This document shows, in pieces, positions 11,491 through 24,238 of a stretch of 64,000 nt of DNA. The notes under the pieces were generated by a model. The model had not been told where the DNA came from. It saw only the letters and a list, made by a program, of their open reading frames with translations, and did no database searches. How positions within the stretch are numbered: position 1 is the first letter of the stretch; every line of letters starts with the position of its first letter. The translations under genes and the position numbers were made by a program. The stretch lies in the NCBI GenBank assembly GCA_047967505.1, contig CM106538.1, one strand, 5' to 3'. The stretch comes from Dipteris shenzhenensis. Taxonomy: Eukaryota.

Positions 11491-12960
11491 CCCTGTTTGA
11501 TTCGTGTTAACTTACTCAAACTTTCCATCAAGAGCAGTGGTGAATTCACTGAAGGCTTTCTTCGTAATCAGATCATCGTAGAGACCCTGGTCATCCTCCG
11601 CATGGTAGTTCAAATCCTCGTCACCCATCGCAAGCTCAGGGTTTACAGAATCAGCCATGACTGAAATCTGATCTGGAAAGAAAATAGGCTAGAGAAGAGA
11701 AACGAGCAGGTGGCCTTGGAGCTAGGAGGTAGAAATGAAGTGGAAGTTGGCCAAGAAGGAGGCGATGGAAGAAGGGAAAGCTGGTCGATGGAGAAGGTAA
11801 GCGGGCTGAGCTGAGCTGAACGATTCAGTTCAGATTTTGGAACCTGGAACTCGCTCCTGGCTGTCCGTACGTGCTGTAGCAGGCCGTACCAATGTTCTGG
11901 CTCCCAGGCGTGAAGGTGTAGAGGGGCTGGAATTCTGCGCAATCTGCAGGCTATGGGAGAAGGCAATTTGGCCGAACTTATAGCGGGAGAGCAGGCTTTT
12001 AGTAAAGCCCTGCTTTTCCAAAAGCTCACCCTCCAAAAAACGGAGGGGTAGCGCTTTTTTAAGCCCCCAGGCCACCCCCGAAAAGCAGCTGATCCAAATT
12101 GCGATCTGTCCCTATCCTGTTTCGCACCTTCCTGCGCTCCCCTTCTACCTGCCATCACAACGCCTGAGCAGCCAGCCGACATGTGGGATCCCCCTTTGGT
12201 TCGCCTCAACTCTACGCTCTCTCCTGACTCCCTTCTGACGCCTCTACCTGGACCCCACTACTTCCTTCTAACTACACCTCTCTCCCTCTCTCTCAACCTG
12301 TCACTTCTTGCAACGAAATCACCTTGCACTCTCTCTCTCTCCTTTCTTCGTTCCCTAGATCTTAACCACTTCCCAAAACCCGATGAACCAAACAAACACT
12401 TGTAGCACGAATTTCGAAATTAGGGCATACCTGGAGTAAGAATCGTCCAAATTTTCGCAACAGAAGTTCCTACCTCAGGAGTTCGCTCTGATACCAACTG
12501 ACATGTCCCAGCACTCCTGAAACCTCTGATCTGCAAGCAAAACACAAGAACATACACAACGTGAGGAAACTGAGCAGGCTGCTCACCACCCAACCATGAC
12601 ATCTACGGGATGTGATCCCGAATCAGGAGATGTCCCCTCCGAGCCACGAGTTGAGCTACTGGCACGAACTCCCAACCAGATCTAACCAGCCTGGTGTCCC
12701 ATACCACCAGGTGGCGTTGTGAAGCCTAGGATCTGCTGTTGGGCCTTGGGCTACGCTATGATGCAGGCGCGCGTCCGTGACTCAATCCAGGATCAGACCT
12801 AGCACTTGGGAACGAAACTTGCTCCCATCGGCTCTCTGAGAACTGAACCTCTGGGCCCCTTTTATAGACTCGGGCCCCAAGCGCCAAAAATAGCGAAGAT
12901 CTCTAACTGGTTCGTACCCTTGCCACTCAGCCCGAGAATCAAGCCTGCCTAGCTCTAAGC

Positions 12961-14530
12961 GCATGTGAGACACCTCTGTCCTCGAGTTATTGGGGTCTGA
13001 TGATGAATCCCTCCTCGACACTCTCAAGAAATGGTCATGGTAAAACTAGATCTTGGGGGGTCCACTTCCCAAGTCCAAGATGTATGGAGCTAGAGGAGAT
13101 CTAACCGTATGATACGGTTGATCTCATCTCGTGGGATCAACTCAGGAGGCACATCCATGTTGTACTGAAAGGGGGGGAGTCTAGCCATTTGGATACCGTG
13201 CCTGGCAAGCCATGTGGATATACGTGCATACCATGTATCTGCCCCGCCCTCCGCTAGTCGTCTAGATGACTCCATGGCCAGCCTAGGAAGTCTCCAATGA
13301 GGTAAGTCCCAGACTCTGTATATGAATGTCACTGTTTGAAAGATGGCATCAATCTAGAGAGGTGTCATGGTGAACTCTGTCTGTACTATCTCGTGTAGAA
13401 TTGAGGGCTTACACCGAATCATCTTGGACCCCATAACCACTTGTAGCCGCTCAAATTTTATCTAGTGTGTCTTCGGGATATCGCATCTCCAAAAGGCTGC
13501 TGCATACATGACAGTCGGCCACACTAGCGTATCACAGAGGCAACCCTTCATCGGTGGATCTTGAAGTGTGCCTGGAAACATTGTCGCTCTAGCCAAGCTA
13601 AGGCACTCCGCCCATGTGTGAGTCATGCTTAGGCTGCGTGGGTCATAGTGAAAAGGGATCCTATGAAGACTGCTGCCAAATATGTGTAAGACTACACTAT
13701 CTCCACTGGCTCGTCACGATAGGTGAATTTGAGTCAGCGGGTCATTGCACGTGAGGTGTTGAAGATCATAATCTTGGTCTTCCCAAGGTTGACTGTCAGG
13801 TCTCTCTCTTTGCAGAACACCTCTAGGGCCTCCAGATGTCGCTGTAGTCCTTCTGCCGAAGATGATATAAGGACTATTTCATCAGTGTATAGTAATATCT
13901 GTATCATGACGTTAGCCAGTAGAGATCCTCGCCTCCTAGGTGATCTATGAAGGACGTGATCTCATCGATGTAAAGTCTAAAGAGAGTTGGTGAGAGGGGG
14001 CAGCCCTGTTTCACCCCAATCGTGCTATCGACCCAAACTGAGAGACCACCCGGGGCACGAACCTTGCCACTGACTAACTCATATAGGCTCATCACACCCC
14101 AAATCAATGTCTCAAGAATCTGCATCTCTTGTAGTCTCTTTGATCATGCGGGATCGTGGGACCGTGTCAAAGGCCTTCCGAAAGTCTACGAAGTATGGAT
14201 AGACTTTTTGGCGTATGGACCTCCCCTCCTCAATGATAGACCTCAGAGTGAAGATTTGATCTAGAGTAGAGTGCTGTCCCTTTGATCATGCGGGATTGTG
14301 GGACCGTGTCAAAGGCCTTCCGAAAGTCTACGAAGTATGTGTAGACTTTCTGGTGTATGGACCTCCCCTCCTCAATGATAGACCTCGGAGTGAAGATTTG
14401 ATCTAGAGTAGAGTGCTGTCTCCTGAATTTTGCCTGTCCTAGTGCCCGCTGTCCCCGTGCCTCTGTATGACTACTGATCTCCCTCTCTAGTACTGATCCA
14501 TAAATCTTAGCCAGTGTGTGGCCAATCATG
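12961..14530 (-). mobile_element. LINE ORF2 reverse-transcriptase fragment, degenerate
   Basis: FVDFRKAFDTV, GVKQGCPLSPTLF and LLYTDE (YADD equivalent), with many stops. Confidence 0.85.
14138..14419. repeat. 142-bp tandem duplication inside the LINE RT
   Basis: CTTTGATCATGCGGGAT...AGAGTGCTGTC starts at 14138 and again at 14280. Confidence 0.9.
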
Positions 14531-15889
14531 TGAAGCCATGGCATATAGCATGGTTGAACATTTGTGCTAGAACTAGGGCTAGGGCTGTAAACAACCAAAC
14601 TTCTCGTGAATGCAAATGGGTGCAATGCATGCAGAATTTGAATGCCAATTAGCCCTCCAATGGGGAAGAGCGCCCTCGTGAGAGTACTTGTTTCTATTTC
14701 GACCTACATGCAAAGTGTGTGAGAGATGGCGGATGAATGCAAGGTGAATAGAGAATGCTACGTGAGATTCACAATGAAGGGTGATACCCTTTCATTAATG
14801 TCCCTTGAGATCACTCAAGTTCCATCTTCCCATTTACACCTACCCTTAACCTATGACCCATGCATCTACCATTCAATGCACCTTAATGCACCCTTCCCTT
14901 CCTATTGTCCCTAGGACCTACACATGTGTGTGCACTTTTTATTTAATAAATAAAAGTCTCATGTCCAAATTTGATGCCGTCTGAAGCAGTGGCTCCAACT
15001 TGACTAGTCCTATCTACTGAGATGATCCACCACCATAACAAATTGGTGGGTGTCCATCATAAATACATATATATGTTACACCATTGGCATATAATAAATA
15101 ATAATGTTTTAATGTCTACTGATCACGGATTAGTGATTTCTCTTGTCATGACTCTCTCCTGCTTGAATGGACAAAAGTCCTCTTCTGGATCCTCTCTTGT
15201 CTCTTTCTCTTGCGTACACTTCTCTTTTACTTCTGCATTTGCATCTCCTCTTCATAATCTGCAAATAGTCTTCTCTTGGTAGTACACGATCTCAACTGAA
15301 TCAGAACTTAAATCTCATCTTCAAGTTCGGGTTCCTCTTGATGCTGAATATTCAATATGCAGAAGTACCACTGCAATGCCTCTTCAATATCTCTTCATGC
15401 TCAGAATCCTCTTCTGAATACGAAGCTGCTGAAATCTCTTTATAGTAACCTGCTCAATAAGCTGAAACATATTCTCAACAAGCTGGTCAGTATTAAAAGA
15501 TGTTCTCTCACCCAAATGTCTTATTGAACTAGGTAGACCTTGGCCATAGTTGATTTTGCGATGGAGAACTACTTAGTCTATAGAAACTATAGACCTTCAA
15601 TCTCTTTTTCCAACTCGTCTATTTCAGCCCTATTCATCCTATCAGACGCTCTACACGGAGGAGAAAAATATTTATTCTCTGTCCATACTCTACAATGAAT
15701 ATGCCTACTCTCTATTCAGTTCACACATCCATAGACCAGTGTTGGCTGAATGGATAGCATTTACTCTTGGTTCTATGTTCACAGTAGAGCCTTGGGATGA
15801 GGAGGTAGAAGCCTCACCCTCTTGCTTGGATGCTTTGCCTTTCCCTTTACAGTATTCGTTTTGGCAATTTTGGCTAATAGAGTAGGACA

Positions 15890-16408
15890 TTTATGCCATG
15901 GATGCCCTGGCTTATGTTTCTTACATCCGAAACATTTACTCTCCTTAATTAGCTTTTTCTTCTAATCGTTAGTCATCATGGAAGGAAATGGTATCCATCC
16001 ACGACATGATTGGCTGTTAACATTTTGTACAATAGCTTTTTCCTCTCCTTTGTTGAAGGGTTTACGAGGATTCAATTTCCTCTCAGCAATCTCAGCCAAT
16101 TTAGTGAGGTCTTTCAAGGTAGTTGGGTTGAACATTTCAACCTCATATCTCACGTTCAGGGTTAGGGCTGCTAAATACTTCTTCCTTCTATCATCCTTGC
16201 TCTTCTCAGGTAACTCTAAAGAGAGTTTCCAGGACCTAGCTGTAAATTCAGCGTTACTCTCATTATTCAATTGCCTAAACCTTTCCGAGCGGAAGGTCAA
16301 TTCTTCTTCATGCCTCGGAGGCATGAAAGTGGCCTTAAGCTGCTCTACAAATTTGGACCATTGAAAAATAGGCTCTTCTCCGGTTTGTAATAAGAACCAC
16401 CACATCAA
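15890..16408 (-). pseudogene. Element B gag (retrotransposon capsid-like plus zinc knuckle)
   Basis: WWFLL..QWSKFVEQLKATFMPP..RFRQ..AEFTAR..YLAAL and a downstream Cys/His knuckle. Confidence 0.75.
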
Positions 16409-16855
16409 AGCATCCTTCTGTAGATGCAGTGTGGCCAGAGCAAGCTTCTCGTGGTCGGTCTTAACTTGATGGGCAAAATATACCTCAAAATGGTGAATCC
16501 AATTGAGGATTTTATCCGCCTCTCTTGCTCCATCATACTTTGGGAACTCTATTCTCTCTCGAGGTTGAATTTGGCTCTCTTCGAGGGGCTACTTAAATCG
16601 TCATCCCTAAAATTCAGCACTCTCTTAGTCCCAAATTTTTTCATAATGGACTGTTCAATCATATGGCTAAGCTAAGTAACTAGCTTATCAATGGGGGACT
16701 CCTCTCTCCCTCTTGCACTTGGATTATAATCCATGTGTACGGGATTTTGGGTTAAAGGCGTAAACTCAGCGCCTTGCTCTTGGATGGACTCGTTTCTCCC
16801 TTCATTTCTGAAGGGAAACTCCCTATATCAAGAGATTCTTGAAGGAGAGATGAAG

Positions 16856-19421
16856 TGTTGGAAAGGTGTAAGCCCCCAAATGAGGAGAGCGTGGGGGAGG
16901 GAGACCTAGGGCATGATGTGCCCCAAAAGAAGAGAGGCGGGTACTTGGCTGATCTGCAGGAGCATAAGGCGGAGCAGAGGATAGCAGTAGGGACCCAAGA
17001 GAAGAGACCACGGATGACGTCAGCAACAGTACGGAATAGTATAGAGCTGAGACGCACACGTGGCAGATCAGGAGAATAGGGTAAACAGGCGTTGACATGG
17101 CAAGTCAGGAGCGCAGGTGTACGGGACTGCATGGGGCCTGGTAGAGCAGCAAATGGGGCTGCCAGTGGGCAGTGGCATGCCTTATATAGGCTGGGCCCCT
17201 GCCTTGATTGGAGGGCCAAAAGCGCTAGAAGTGTGGGCCAAAGGGCCCTAGTTTTGTGAGCCCTTAAAGGGCTGGTTGGGCTGAGCCAACCAGGTCGGTT
17301 GGGCCAGCCAACCTGGTCTGTCCAATCGGCCCAGATTGGGACAGACTGGTCGGGTTTTTGACAGGCCCCTAGGCCTATAAAAGGAGGGGCTTCATGCCCC
17401 ATTATTTATCCAACATCCAGCAGAAAGTGGAGCAGCCTGAAGGCATTCCCTTTGGCCTCATCTTGGAGGTAAAGGAGAGTTGAAGGAGTGCTGCAGACTG
17501 AGTTCCCTAAGGGTTGGGACCTTGGCTGTCTGCACATCTATATTATGCACATTAAGTTAAGAAGTTTGTGATTCCACACACCCCACACCACACGGTTTGA
17601 GCTCCTGAGCATTACTATAAGTCTTCCGTTGTGCGTACCCTCTGTTGGGTCATTTTTAACTTGGTATCAGAGCCCAAGTAGGAGGCTCACAGGTGTGGGA
17701 GCATGAAGGCAGGGACCTTGCTGAAGGACGACCCTGATTCAGAAGCTCTTGGGAATGGACTTCCATGACTGGAGGATTGTGCCCTTGCGAGAAGGAGGGT
17801 GACTCAAGTTCAGTCAGGTGCGTTTAAAGTTCGCAGTCCAGGTTATCTGGAGATGTACTTTTGTCGCAGACCTTGCCAAAGGAAGGATGGGGTGAAACAA
17901 ACCCTCAAAGCATGGTGCCTGGAAGACTCCAGGTTGTTCACTCATTATGAGGGGGATGACTGGAAGATCGTGACGGCTGGATTGCTCGAGTTCAGAGGCG
18001 GGAACGTGACTGAAGGAGGTGGTACCAAGAGGTGCTACCAAAGATGGACCTGTGTACTAGGATGGTGTGCGGAAGCAGAACCGAACCTGGTGGAGCAGGA
18101 GCCACTGGATGAAAAGCCAGGAAAAGATTTCGACACTGAAAGGTTCCAGAGGACTACGACTAGGGAGTTACTGGAGCATCTTCATCGACGTGTTGGCATT
18201 GGGCCGAGATGTGTCGGTGAGAGGGGATGTTGGAAAGGTCACCTCCCCATCTGTAAGCCCCCAAATGAGGAGAGCGTGGGGGAGGGAGACCTAGGCCAGG
18301 ATGTGCCCCAAAAGAAGAGAGGCGGGTACCTGGCTGATCTGCAGGAGCATAAGGCGGAGCAGAGGACAGCAGTAGGGACCCAAGAGAAGAGACCACGGAT
18401 GACATCAGCAACAGTACGGAATAGTACAGAGCTGAGGCGCACACGTGGCAGATCAGGAGAACAGGGTAAACAGGCACTGACATGGCAGGTCAGGAGCGCA
18501 GGTGTACGGGACTGCATGGGGCCTGGTAGAGCAGCAAATGGGGCTACCAGTGGGCAGTGGCATGCCTTATATAGGCTGGGTCCCTGCCTTGATTGGAGGG
18601 CCAAAAGCCCTAGAAGTGTGGGCCAAAGGACCCTAGTTTTGTGAGCCCTTACAAGGGCTGGTTGGGCTGAGCCAACCAGGTCGGTTGGGCCAGCCAACCT
18701 GGTCTGTCCAGTTGGCCCAGATTGGGACAGACTGGTCGGGTTTTTGACAGGCCCCTAGGCCTATAAAAGGAGGGGCTTCATGCCCCATTATTTATCCAAC
18801 ATCCAGCAGAAAGTGGAGCAGCCTGAAGGCATTCCCTTTGGCCTCATCTTGGAGGTAAAGGAGAGTTGAAGGAGTGCTGCAGACTGAGTTCCCTAAGGGC
18901 TGGGACCTTGGCTGTCTTCTAGGGCAGCAAGGTGTTGTGATCATCATACCTTCTGGAGCAGCCATTCACAAGCCGGTTGGAGCAGTGGAACAGGGACCTG
19001 TGTGCTGCAGACAAAGCTTGGCAGGGGCTGCCCACCTAGGCTGATTCACAGGCAGTAAGGTGGAGAAGAACAAACTGGACGGAAAGTCTACAGAAGCTCG
19101 AGGTGGAGCACGCGGGCTCGAGTCTAGAGATATCCAACAGATAGGAGGAGGACCTTGTGGTAAGATCAGAGGACCACACCATTGGTGGGACTCTAGATCT
19201 ATCTCTTTTGTATTGTGTCCATAGTTTTGGACGGAAATATATATTTTGGTGGTTTCTCTATCTGGCTGGTTCATTGTCTATTGATGAGTCTGCACATCTA
19301 TATTATGCACATTAAGTTAAGAAGTTTGTGATTCCACACACCCCACACCACACTGTGTGAGCTCCTGGGCATTACTATAAGTCTTCCACTGTGCGTACCC
19401 TCTGTTGGGTCATTTTTAACA
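16856..19421 (+). mobile_element. Element C: non-autonomous Copia-derived LTR element (566-bp internal region)
   Basis: TSD TGAAG (16851-16855 and 19422-19426). 5' LTR 16856-17661, PBS 17662-17673, PPT 18217-18227, 3' LTR 18228-19421. Ends TGTT...AACA. Confidence 0.95.
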
Positions 19422-19509
19422 TGAAGGTAATTCTATACGTGGGTTATCATACTCAATATGTGTGTAACTCTCATTTGCATTATCCTCTTCAAGAGGAGGT
19501 GATGGTGTT

Positions 19510-22500
19510 TGTTATGCTCTAGCCGAGATAGCATGACCTCGGAAAGATCGGTGGGCATTTTCTCTTAGATGACCAACTTTTGTAATAGTTAATGTGTGTA
19601 AATGAAACGGTCAAGAGAAGTAACTGCCAAGGTCCTAGGTGAGGGTGAAATGGCATTGACTAGGTGGTTCTGAGTGCTAAGGCCTAGGTGCACCTAAATG
19701 TGCAATAATGCCAAGGGCAAGTGGTTTTAAATGTGCCCCAAGAGAGGGGTAAATGGTGCACCAAGTGGAAAGGCTAAAGTGATGACATTTGGCAAGGGGA
19801 ACCATCTAGGGAAATGAGGGTCTCGTGGATATGCATGAGGAAGAAAAAGGATGTATGAATTGAAAAACGTGCGATCTACGAGAGAAGGCTGGGAGGAAAT
19901 AACAGATGCCATCTCCCGTGATTTGAGTGTGTGTTAGAGAATAGAGATTCTATCAATTGGTATCAGAGGTGAAGGTAAGGGAAGGAGGCTCGTTACGCTG
20001 TGACGGACAGCAGGCGGGGAAAGTTCAGCGGCTGCTCGTCGACGTGCTCCACGAAGACCATGCAGAAGACGATTGTAGGCTGGGAGCAGAGGTAACGCGG
20101 GCTGTCCGTGACGGGGGACCTTTGGTGGTGCAAGATTTCGAGCAAGCATCGACGGTCGTCTTATGTGGACGTTCGGCTGTGACGGCGTGGCGTAGGATTG
20201 ACGCACCTTTGCTGCAGGCCTTCCTCCATCAGAACGTGGCCCGTCAACGAGTTACGGGAACTCGGTTAGTCAGCAATGAGCTCCTTGGTGGAATATCGAC
20301 GGGCGACTGCGTGGAGATTATAGGAGGCGGAACGGGGCGAAGGCGTGGGGGTCACAGTTGACGTGACGAATGCGAAGGGTCAGGACGTAGACGTCGATGC
20401 TGGCCGTGTGATCTACCAGATAACTCTGAGCGCAGTTGGCTGTGGACGCTGCTACGAACATTGTGCCTGTAAATTCCACGCACGTGCCTAGGTCTGGGTA
20501 CTACTTTCAGGTGGAGGGAAAAGATCGTGGTTAGCCCATGATGCTTAAAACCCGATCGTTGAACTCGGGATATATAAAAAAAAGCGAACCAGAGATAAAT
20601 ACGACAAGGGGGATCAATCGACATTTCGAGGAGAAAATCAGGGAGCACCTTCTTTTGATACAGCTTTTACAGTTTTATATATGGTCCTGTTATTCTTGCA
20701 CCGTAAAAGGAATGTTCAGAGTATTATATATTTGGGAGTTTAGTGTGCAGGAGAAAGAAAAACAGGAAAGCAAAATAGAAAAGAGGTGTATATATATTTT
20801 ATTTGGGTTCTAGAAAAGACTGAAAAAAAAAAAAAAACCCATTTTCCCTTTTTAAGCTATGGAGGCAGAAGGACATATTTCGAGGGTGAATCCTAGTGAG
20901 TCTAGAGCACGGTCTACACAACAAATGTCACATCACACAGCACCTACTTTGATCGGTAGGATTTCGATATTAGAAGATGCTTTACAGCAGATTATGAACC
21001 AGCAGCTTCAAGTGAACGCTGGTCAGAATGAGATCAGGGAGATGGTGCAAGCCTTGTCGGCTAGACCGTCTAGAATTGATAAGGGCAAAGCTCCAGCAGA
21101 GCCAGAGCCCAGTATACATTCATCAGAGCGCGCGAGGGTCAAAGTGCCTAATATCGCTAATTATAGACCGGAGAAGTACGCTGGTCGGATGACCGAGCGC
21201 AGTTTGATGTGATCGAGGTTTGGTTACACAAGTGGGAAGAAGCCTTCGCCATTTGTGAAATCAGATCTGATCTAAAGAAAATCCGTGAGGCCACTCACCT
21301 GTTTATTGAGGCAGCGGATAGATGGTGGATAAAGCAACAGAAGGATCAAGTTGCTCCTACCACCTGGGAAGGGTTTAAAGCTGAATTTAAGAAGCACTTT
21401 CTCCCACCTGATGAAGAATCCCGAGCTTGGGATGCTTATAGAAATCTTCGTCAGAGGAGCCTGTCGGTGGCAGAGTACACTGACAAATTCAGGGAATGTG
21501 TCATGAAAATAACAGACCCTCTCCCTATGTCGGTTCAGTTAAAAGACTATATCTATGGACTGAACGACAAGATTAAAATGGAAGTTCAGGCTAACTATGT
21601 GACTACATTAGATGAATCTATTGCAGTAGCCCTGAACTATGAGGATGCCAGAGGCAGATCTGGTGGATTTGTGCAGGTAGGGACTCAGTATGAGTACAAG
21701 AAAAAAGGGGGATTTCAGAGGAAATGGACTTCAAAGACAAGTATCTCGCAGCCAAGTGGCCAAACCAAGCAGGTGAAGCCGGTTGAGGGACCAGTAAAAA
21801 CAAGTACCACCGTTGGGGTGAAAAGGAAATTAACTCCAATGGCAGCGCGGGCTTGGTCAAAGTCCTTGTTGACCCCTGAACAAAAAGAGAAAGCTAGAAA
21901 GGAAGGATTGTGCTTCGGCTGCCTTCAGCGACATCAGTGGAAGGATTGTCCACTGAATAAAGACCGTCGCACGGCTAATATGATGATATCTGAATGCGAC
22001 GTGGAAATGCAGGAGAGTCCCAATGCGGAACATATGCAGATGCAATTGGCGGGACCTTCTCAGAGGTTAGTACCTTGTTTGTTATGTGTGTCTGTTGCTA
22101 AGCTAGTGACGAGTGCACCTGATAACATCCTATCTAAGCCTGCAGCAACGGGGTATACAGCCTTTAATGATACGGAGAATTAAAATGAAAGGGCAAGTGG
22201 CCAATCATGATGGCATTGTGTTGTTTGACTCGGCGTCAACTCACAATGTGATTAACTCCAAGCTCGTGAAGAGGCTGAAATTAAAGACAAGTCCATCTGA
22301 CTATGCGTATACAGTCAGGATGGCAGATGGAAGTTCAACTGAAGTATGGGACCAAAGGGTTACCCAGTTGGAACTTCGTATTCAGGACTATGCTGAGAAG
22401 CTTGATTTTGAAATGACCAAGCTTGCTCATGCAGATATAGCCCTGGGTATGGCATGGCATTCTAAGAAGAATCCAGCCATTGATTGGAAAAAGCACGTAT

Positions 22501-23407
22501 ATCAATTCAAGATGAATGATGTGCTTTATGTCTTGCGAGGTGAAAAAGATATACCTCAGGGACCGTTGGTTTCCGTGATGGAAATCCGAAAAGCTCAAGT
22601 AGAGTTTTTATTCCTTTGCACAGCATCGGTAGAACCGGTTGATGATTCTTCGGCTAGCACTGATGTTACGCAAAGTGGTGAGATGGCCAAGCTGGCTAAT
22701 CTTATAACAGAGGAGTTCTCTGACTGTTTTAGGGATGAACTACCTTATGGGTTACCTCCAGAGCGGAAAGTTCAGCATAAGATTGAACTGATCCCGGGGG
22801 TAGAACCTGTAAATAGGCCTCCCTATAGAATGAGTTTTACTGAAGAGGCGGAGGGCATGGTCAGCCTCTATCAGAAGCTACCTGGGAATCCGTATACCAG
22901 TTACGGAGAATGTTCCCAGATTTCATCATCGAGGACGCTGATGCTTGAAGAGGGAAGGAATGTTATGCTCTAGCCGAGATAGCATGACCTTGGAAAGATC
23001 GGTGGGCATTTTCTCTTAGATGACCAACTTTTGTAATAGTTAATGTGCGTAAATGAAACGGTCAAGAGAAGTAACTGCCAAGGTCCTAGGTGAGGGTGAA
23101 ATGGCATTGACTAGGTGGTTCTGAGTGCTAAGGCCTAGGTGCACCTAAATGTGCAATAATGCCAAGGGGCAAGTGGTTTTAAATGTGCCCCAAGAGAGGG
23201 GTAAATGGTGCACCAAGTGGAAAGGCTAAAGTGATGACATTTGGCAAGGGGAACCATCTAGGGAAATGAGGGTCTCGTGGATATGCATGAGGAAGAAAAA
23301 GGACGTATGAATTGAAAAACGTGCGATCTACGAGAGAAGGCTGGGAGGAAATAACAGATGCCATCGCCCGTGATCTGAGTGTGTGTTAGAGAATAGAGAT
23401 TCTATCA
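19510..23407 (+). mobile_element. Element D: young Ty3/Gypsy element lacking nearly all of RT-RH-IN
   Basis: TSD GTGTT (19505-19509 and 23408-23412). LTRs 19510-19955 and 22961-23407 differ by about 5 substitutions and 1 indel. PBS 19958-19969, PPT GAAGAGGGAAGGAA at 22947-22960. Confidence 0.96.
20859..22973 (+). pseudogene. Element D gag-protease and first residues of RT, in three frames
   Basis: ADRWW..PTTWEGFKAEFKKHF, knuckle CFGCLQRHQWKDC, VLFDSASTHNVI, DIALGMAW and LPYGLPPER..HKIEL..PPYRMS, then a jump to the chromodomain tail EATWES in another frame. Confidence 0.88.
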
Positions 23408-24238
23408 GTGTTCTCTCCCTATCTCCTTCTGGTAGTGGAGGAAAAAGGACAAGTTCATTTCAAGTATCCCTTCTCCTTCCATTCTTTCCTTTTAGTAATA
23501 CAAGAGAAAAAATGACTTGCTGTAATTTCAGAAGAGGGGTTTATTTTACAGCAAAAGTCAAGTACTTTACTCCGTTTGGGCTACTTGTTTTGAGCGGATT
23601 GGCGCTCTAGATAATGTTATAGGGGGAACTTGATGGGTGGATCACCCCCTTAAAATCTTGTTTCGATCCGACTTTCCGTGGGGGAGAACGGGGGGGGGGG
23701 GTGGGTCTCTTTTCCCCACGGTTTAAGGGTTTTAAGGGTCTATTCGCATGCCCGGGGGGGGGGGGGGTCACCCCGTTAGGAAGGGGCGGGTCATCCCGTT
23801 AGAACGCCCCGTTCCCCGTCCAAAGATTCAAAAAATCAGAGAAAGCCCTTACCTCAGAGACTCCAGAATTCAAAGGTTGCATACAAGAGGACAATCTGCA
23901 GGTAGCCTTGCATCACATTTTGCTTCTGCCGGAGTTTGTTGCCACCCTTCCGTCGGAATTTGTTGTCAGCCTTCAGCCTTCAGGGTCTCATGATTGTTGT
24001 GCCGGCCGTGGTCAAAGCGTGCCCTCATCGTTCGGCATCTTCAAAGCGTTGCGTCTCTTAGCGTATCATCGTGCGGCATCTTCAGAGCGTTGCACCTCTT
24101 CCGTCCGGTAGCCTGTCTTTTGCGTGCGCACGCCTTCTCTTGCGCAAGCATTCTTACACGTGGCTTGCTAGTACGGACCCTTCTTCCATGCTGCGCTTGC
24201 GGTCCGTGTCTTTGTTTTGCATGCTTTCGCCCTCTGTC

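Larger units (their letters stand above)
6666..12960 (-). mobile_element. Element A: Ty3/Gypsy chromovirus-type LTR retrotransposon, degenerate
   Basis: 3' LTR 6666-7196, PPT at about 7197-7210, 5' LTR 12499-12960 (last 68 bp missing), PBS at 12485-12496 (TGGTATCAGAGC on minus). Domain order gag-PR-RT-RH-IN-chromodomain. LTRs about 95% identical by eye. Confidence 0.95.

Noticed and set aside
12485-12496. TGGTATCAGAGC matches as tRNA genes
   Set aside because: Only 12-nt primer-binding sites next to LTRs, with no cloverleaf.
16752-17402. 216-aa and 152-aa minus-strand ORFs (also 18239-18697) as host genes
   Set aside because: They lie in the GC-rich LTRs of element C, have no recognisable motifs, and are duplicated only because the LTR is.
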